The notes below the pieces were generated by a model, which was not told the DNA's origin, made no database searches, and worked only from the letters and a program-made list of their open reading frames with translations. A program made the translations under genes and the position numbers. This document shows positions 59,184-64,000 of a DNA stretch of 64,000 bases, piece after piece; the first letter of the stretch is position 1, and each line of letters opens with the position of its first letter. The stretch lies in assembly GCA_964016885.1 (NCBI GenBank), contig OZ024742.1, positions 58,776,001 to 58,840,000 on the forward strand, written 5' to 3'. This stretch comes from Eledone cirrhosa (Eukaryota).

Positions 59184-60415
59184 TTATATTGACAGGATCT
59201 TCCTTAGTATATGGGCAGTTCCCATTAGTACTATCTTTTGTATTTCTCCTATACGCGGGTTTCCTGGGATTTGCGATAAGTAGTCGTTAGACCCCTTAGG
59301 TATCATTCCCAGAGCGCCTACAACCACTGGTATTGTTTTAGTTCTCAATTTCCACATTTTTCCAATTTCTATCTCCAGGTCCTTATACTTGCTCAATTTT
59401 TCAAATGTTTTTATAGATACATTCTTGTCTATTGGAACAGACATATCAATTAGCAGGCATACCCTCCTTTGAAAGTCCTTCAATATTATATCAGGTCTAT
59501 TTGCATCTATTTTTCGGTCTGTTTGGATGCTAAAGTTCCACAAGATTGAGATGTGATCTTTTTCAAGTATGGGAGGTGGTTGATGCTCCCACCAATTCTT
59601 TTGATGGGGCAGGTCAAAATGCTTACACATTATCCAATGTATGTATTGTGCAGCTCTGTCATGCCTGTTTAGGTATTCGGTTGGAGCTATAGGACTGCAC
59701 ATTGAAATTATATGGTCAATGGTCTCTGGTTGTTTTTTGCATACACGGCATAATGGGCTGCACCCATTTTTTATTATGTTGGCTTGGTAATTTTTTGTTG
59801 GCAGACACTGATCTTGTGCGGAGATAATCAGTCCTTCAGTCTCCGATTTCAGTCCAGAGGATGCCAACCACTGATGGGTTAAAGTTTTGTCAACATCAGG
59901 ATTGTTAGCTCGCTCTGGGTATTTTCCATACAGAGGCTTTTCTTGCCATTTCTTAGCCAGTTTCTGTAGCAGTTCTTTCTTTGCAGTTACTTTTACCTGC
60001 TTTGCTTTTTCTGTGTTTTCCATTTCAGCAGTAAATGGGACTTCTGAAATTTGTAGTCCATTACTGTATCTTTGTGCATCTTTTGTAATGGAATATGATC
60101 TTTTGGTGCTTTCGTGTTTCAAAACGAGTTTGATCATCCAATCATGTGATTCCCTTAGATATGTGGATAATCCAATTGTTGCAGTTTTCAACGCAATGTC
60201 TAACTGGATTAACCCACGTCCTCCTTCTTTCCTAGGGAGATATATTCTATCTATGTCTGCCTTAGGGTGATGCATTCTGTGCATGGTTAAGAATTTTCGG
60301 ATTTTTGTATCGAGCCTACGGATCTCTGTGCTTGACCAGTTGATGACATTGTAACTGTAGGTTACTACTGGTATGGCAAGCGTGTTTATGGCATCGATCC
60401 TATTCCTTGCATTCA

Positions 60416-60416
<1 letters not shown>
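59184..60416 (-). pseudogene. 5'-truncated Dong/R4-clade LINE, intact 410-aa C-terminal frame (element 59044-60416)
   Basis: RIYLPRKEGGRGL, AQDQ, CRVCKKQPETIDHIISMC, RHD, NRPDII, LIDMSVP, KLSKYKDL, PVVVGALG; (ATT)n at both ends. Confidence 0.93.
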
Positions 60417-60496
<80 letters not shown>

Positions 60497-60970
60497 GGCG
60501 AGCTATGTAGGAAATCGTATCATCGTGAGCTCCGCAAAGGTTTGTTATTTTTAGTTGTTCAAAATTGTCATTCATGTAAAAATTTATTGTTAACTGTATA
60601 TAAGTGCACATACATTGTTATCTGAAAAGGACACCCAAAAAGATTGGGGTCTTGAGCCCAAAATTTAAACTTTTATAATTATCAAACAAAAAAAATTTTT
60701 CTTTGAAACATCATGGCTGACTCAGAGTCACTCCTTTCTCACAAACTAACACCTCACACCGACACCACCATTGTAAATATTACTACGTTTGCCAACACAA
60801 AAAAATATAAGCAGTAGCAATATTTTTAATTTGTCTCAGGCAGACATTCATTTCCCGCCATTACCAATGACTGCAGGTGTTAAAGTCGCCACCACCACCA
60901 CCACTGCGACCCCCCCCCCACCGCGACAACAGAAACAAACGAAAAAAATAAATTAACTCGTGATATCGAA

Positions 60971-62653
60971 ATGAATTCAACCAAAATGAACTCTTCCACA
61001 CCGAACACCACTGACACCACCACCACCACAACTGAAACTAAAATTAATAATAACAAAAATAACGATAACAACAACAGCAACAATGACATTAAGAAAACCA
61101 CCCAGAGTTTTGCCAGAGTAGCAAAACAGTGCGAAGCATTTCAGGTAACTCAGGAGGAATTAGAAGAAGCCAAAAAAATGGTAAAGAAAGATGGGTACAG
61201 AGTCAGCCTCACCCTCCACCTAATAAAATGGAGCATCGGCGCCTATGCACCGTGTCTTATCGAACAATTAATATAAAATCGCGCCGAGTGGAACGGGCAT
61301 CCGAGTCCCAAATCCAAAAAGCTTTGGGACATGTGTGGGCCAAAAAACCCCCACATCAGATGTGGGAAGAAGTATGGAACCGTGGACGTGTTCTTTGAAA
61401 CACCACAGGAGGCTAGAGAACACTACATGGCCCCATTAAGAAGTGACAACTTCACACTCGTCCCAAGCTATTGTGGCGAGAGACTCGTAAAGATCAGGGT
61501 CACTCACGTTCCACCGGCCATCGAAATTCCCTGGCTAATAGCTGCCGTCCTCGCCGGCATAGAAGCCAACACCAAGATAATCGAAATAGCGAAAGAAAAG
61601 CAGGAGAACTGGTCCGGATCTGGGATGGAGCTCCTGATCCAAGCGGACCAAAAAAGCATTGAGGAGATCCCAGAGGTAATAGACCTCACTGACGGCAGCC
61701 CCCTCACCGTAATTGTCGAGAGCAGAAGGCCTAGGTGTGTCGTTTGTGGTGAAGGAACCCACCTAAGGGCTTTCTGCCATCAGGCTAAAAGGTTGAGGCC
61801 ACCTCTTCTACCCACCCCAGTGACTCAACCATCAACACCACCAGCAGCAGAGATGGCAGCAACAACTGTAGCACCAACAACAGAAGCAACTGTAACAGCA
61901 ACAACCCCAGCAACAGTAGCAAAACCAACACCACCACCACCCAACGCGCCAGAACTAGCACCAGCGCCTACACCATCTACCAAGCCACAACCCAAACTAA
62001 CGCCCGTGGAGGATTTTCCACTCCCCGGCCTATCACAACTGGAGACAGATTGTGACGACGAGGAGTGGGAAACGGTATCAGGAAAAAAGAAAAAAAGAAA
62101 CCCAAAAAGAAAAAATTCTCTTCCTTCCCCCTCCAAAAACAAAATACAGAGGGAAACAAATAAATTAACAAACAAAAAAGTTAGGACAGATATGCCACCA
62201 TCCACACCAGCATCACCAACCCCATCACCCCAAACACCAACACCATCATCATCATAAACCCCAACACCACCATCACCTACACCACAAAAGTCACCAAAAT
62301 GCGAAACAGAAACAAACCCACAACAAACGCAAACAAAACAAAACAACCAAAACGATACACACTACACAGCATTAAATTTGAACAACAACCAATTATTACA
62401 CTACATCCAACACAACACCAGCATCACAGAAAAAGACTACACAACAACCCAAAAATTCACACCACCTCCACACATACAAATCACTCGCATCACACAGAAA
62501 ACGTACATGACACTAAAACAAAAATTCCCCAAAGACATCGGAGACTTCCGACAAGCACTCTCCAGGAGGATTTATAAGGACATCTTTCCTGAGGAGGCCA
62601 TAAGCAGTGAAAAGGATGGAAAAACCGTCCTTCCTCTACGAGAAGTAAGGTAA
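60971..62653 (+). pseudogene. Tx1/L1-clade LINE ORF1 (frameshifted), element begins ~60497
   Basis: SFARVAK motif, zinc knuckle CVVCGEGTHLRAFC, Pro/Thr-rich linker, WETVSGKKKKR; directly precedes APE ORF2. Confidence 0.75.
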
Positions 62654-62687
62654 GTGGTCTTTCCCATCTTTTCCACTCCATTTCAAC

Positions 62688-64000
62688 ATGACTTCACTCA
62701 GAATAGGCAGCATAAATGCGCGTGGCTTGGGGTCGTCATGGAAGCAGGGCCACCTGCTCAACGACCTCAGGTCGCTAAACATAGATGTAGTTGCCATCAG
62801 CGAGACCAGAATCTCCGAAGCACGGGCCTTCGCACCGATCTTCGGCGGCTACAATGTGTACGCATCTCCCAGCCGTCCGGGATCGGGGGAGGAGTTGCTG
62901 TGCTTTTTCGGAGAGGTTTGGATCTTGCCATACGGGCCATCTTCCTGGACCCAGAAGGTAAGTTGGTGGTGCTGGACGTGACCAGTGGAGACGGGCAAGC
63001 TTTCAGGTTAGTGACCGTCTATGCCCCAACAGGAGCAGGGCGGCCTGATTTCTTCCGGCGTCTGGAGACTTTTCTTGGAACGTCCCGCTTTTTAGTGTTA
63101 GTGGGCGACTGGAACGGGATTTTAGATGCACGCTGGGATTGTGTGGGATTAGTGGATAGGGGAGGAGGGTGCAAGAGTCTCACCAACCTGCTCAGGCGTT
63201 TTGAACTGTCTGACAGGTACCGATTGGATTTCCCGAATGTACCAATGTGGACTTGGACAAATCGCATAGGGTCATCCAGATCATATCTAGATAGAGTATT
63301 TTGTAGGGAAATAGATAGGTCTAGCATAGGCTGTCCACAATTCAAGATAGTCAGCTACACGGACCACAAATTCGTGATCTGTGTGCTTGACTTAGATAGG
63401 CTTCATAGACGAGGACCCGGCTACTGGAAGCTAAACGCGTCCTTACCAGCGCGCAAGGCCTACAGCGACCGGATTAGCGAACTAGTTAAGCGGGCGTTGA
63501 TGGGGGCCATCGTCAACAACAAGTGGTGGTTTGCTCTGAGAAGAGCAATTAGAATAGAGTCCATTAGGTTTAGTAAGGCTTTAGCAATAGAGAAAAATAG
63601 AGCAGAGGGAGAATTAGTTAGAAAATTAGACGAGGCGCTTTGCAAAGGCATCGCGAACGACGTACTTGCGGCGAAATTGGCCCTTGACCAATTCTTCAAT
63701 GCAAAGCACGAAGGCTGCGTTGTCAGAGCTAGGGTGCGTGGTCTCAGACACGAGGGGACGAAAGCTGTTTAATGGGCCCGAGTGGCGGAGGCGCGTCGTG
63801 GCAACAAAGCCACGATCCGGTCTTTGGTGGACCACTACGGGCGCATGCTACTCGATCCCGGGCAAATGTGTGAAGCTTTTCAGCGACACTTCGCTCAACT
63901 GTTCGGGGACAGCGGCGGGCCGGATCGAGGGATGGACTTTAGTGTCTACCTCGACGGACTGCCGCGGCTCTCGGCCACTGAGGCGGAGTGTTGCGAAAAG
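62688..64000 (+). pseudogene. Tx1/L1-clade LINE ORF2 N-terminus (APE endonuclease), runs off window
   Basis: IGSINARGL, VVAISET, frameshift, GGGVAVLF, VYAPT, LVGDWNG, SYLDRVF, YTDHK, GPGYWKLN; stop at 63772. Confidence 0.92.

Overview
AT-rich, microsatellite-saturated animal DNA. The repeat spectrum (tRNA-derived SINEs, RTE, Tx1/L1, Dong/R4 LINEs, very long (TA)n/(CA)n) suggests an octopod cephalopod; this is inference only. Almost all ORF-track entries are microsatellite artefacts. Recognisable coding remnants are a near full-length decayed RTE LINE (39.8-43.0 kb), Dong/R4 and Tx1 LINE pieces clustered in (ATT)n tracts (56.5-64 kb), a short Penelope GIY-YIG C-terminus (30.7-31.1 kb) and a MAK16-like C-terminal fragment (54.9-55.2 kb). 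The main signal is non-coding. About ten families of short (0.15-1 kb) Penelope/retrozyme-like elements sit in (TA)n tracts and carry type I hammerhead ribozymes (HHRs). I folded 15 well-formed motifs and about 10 degenerate or partial ones by eye, with compensatory base changes between copies. Many of these elements are fold-back palindromes whose apex lies at or inside the ribozyme helices, two show terminal redundancy, and unrelated families share a short 3' motif. All folds and alignments were done by eye and coordinates of degenerate repeats are approximate.
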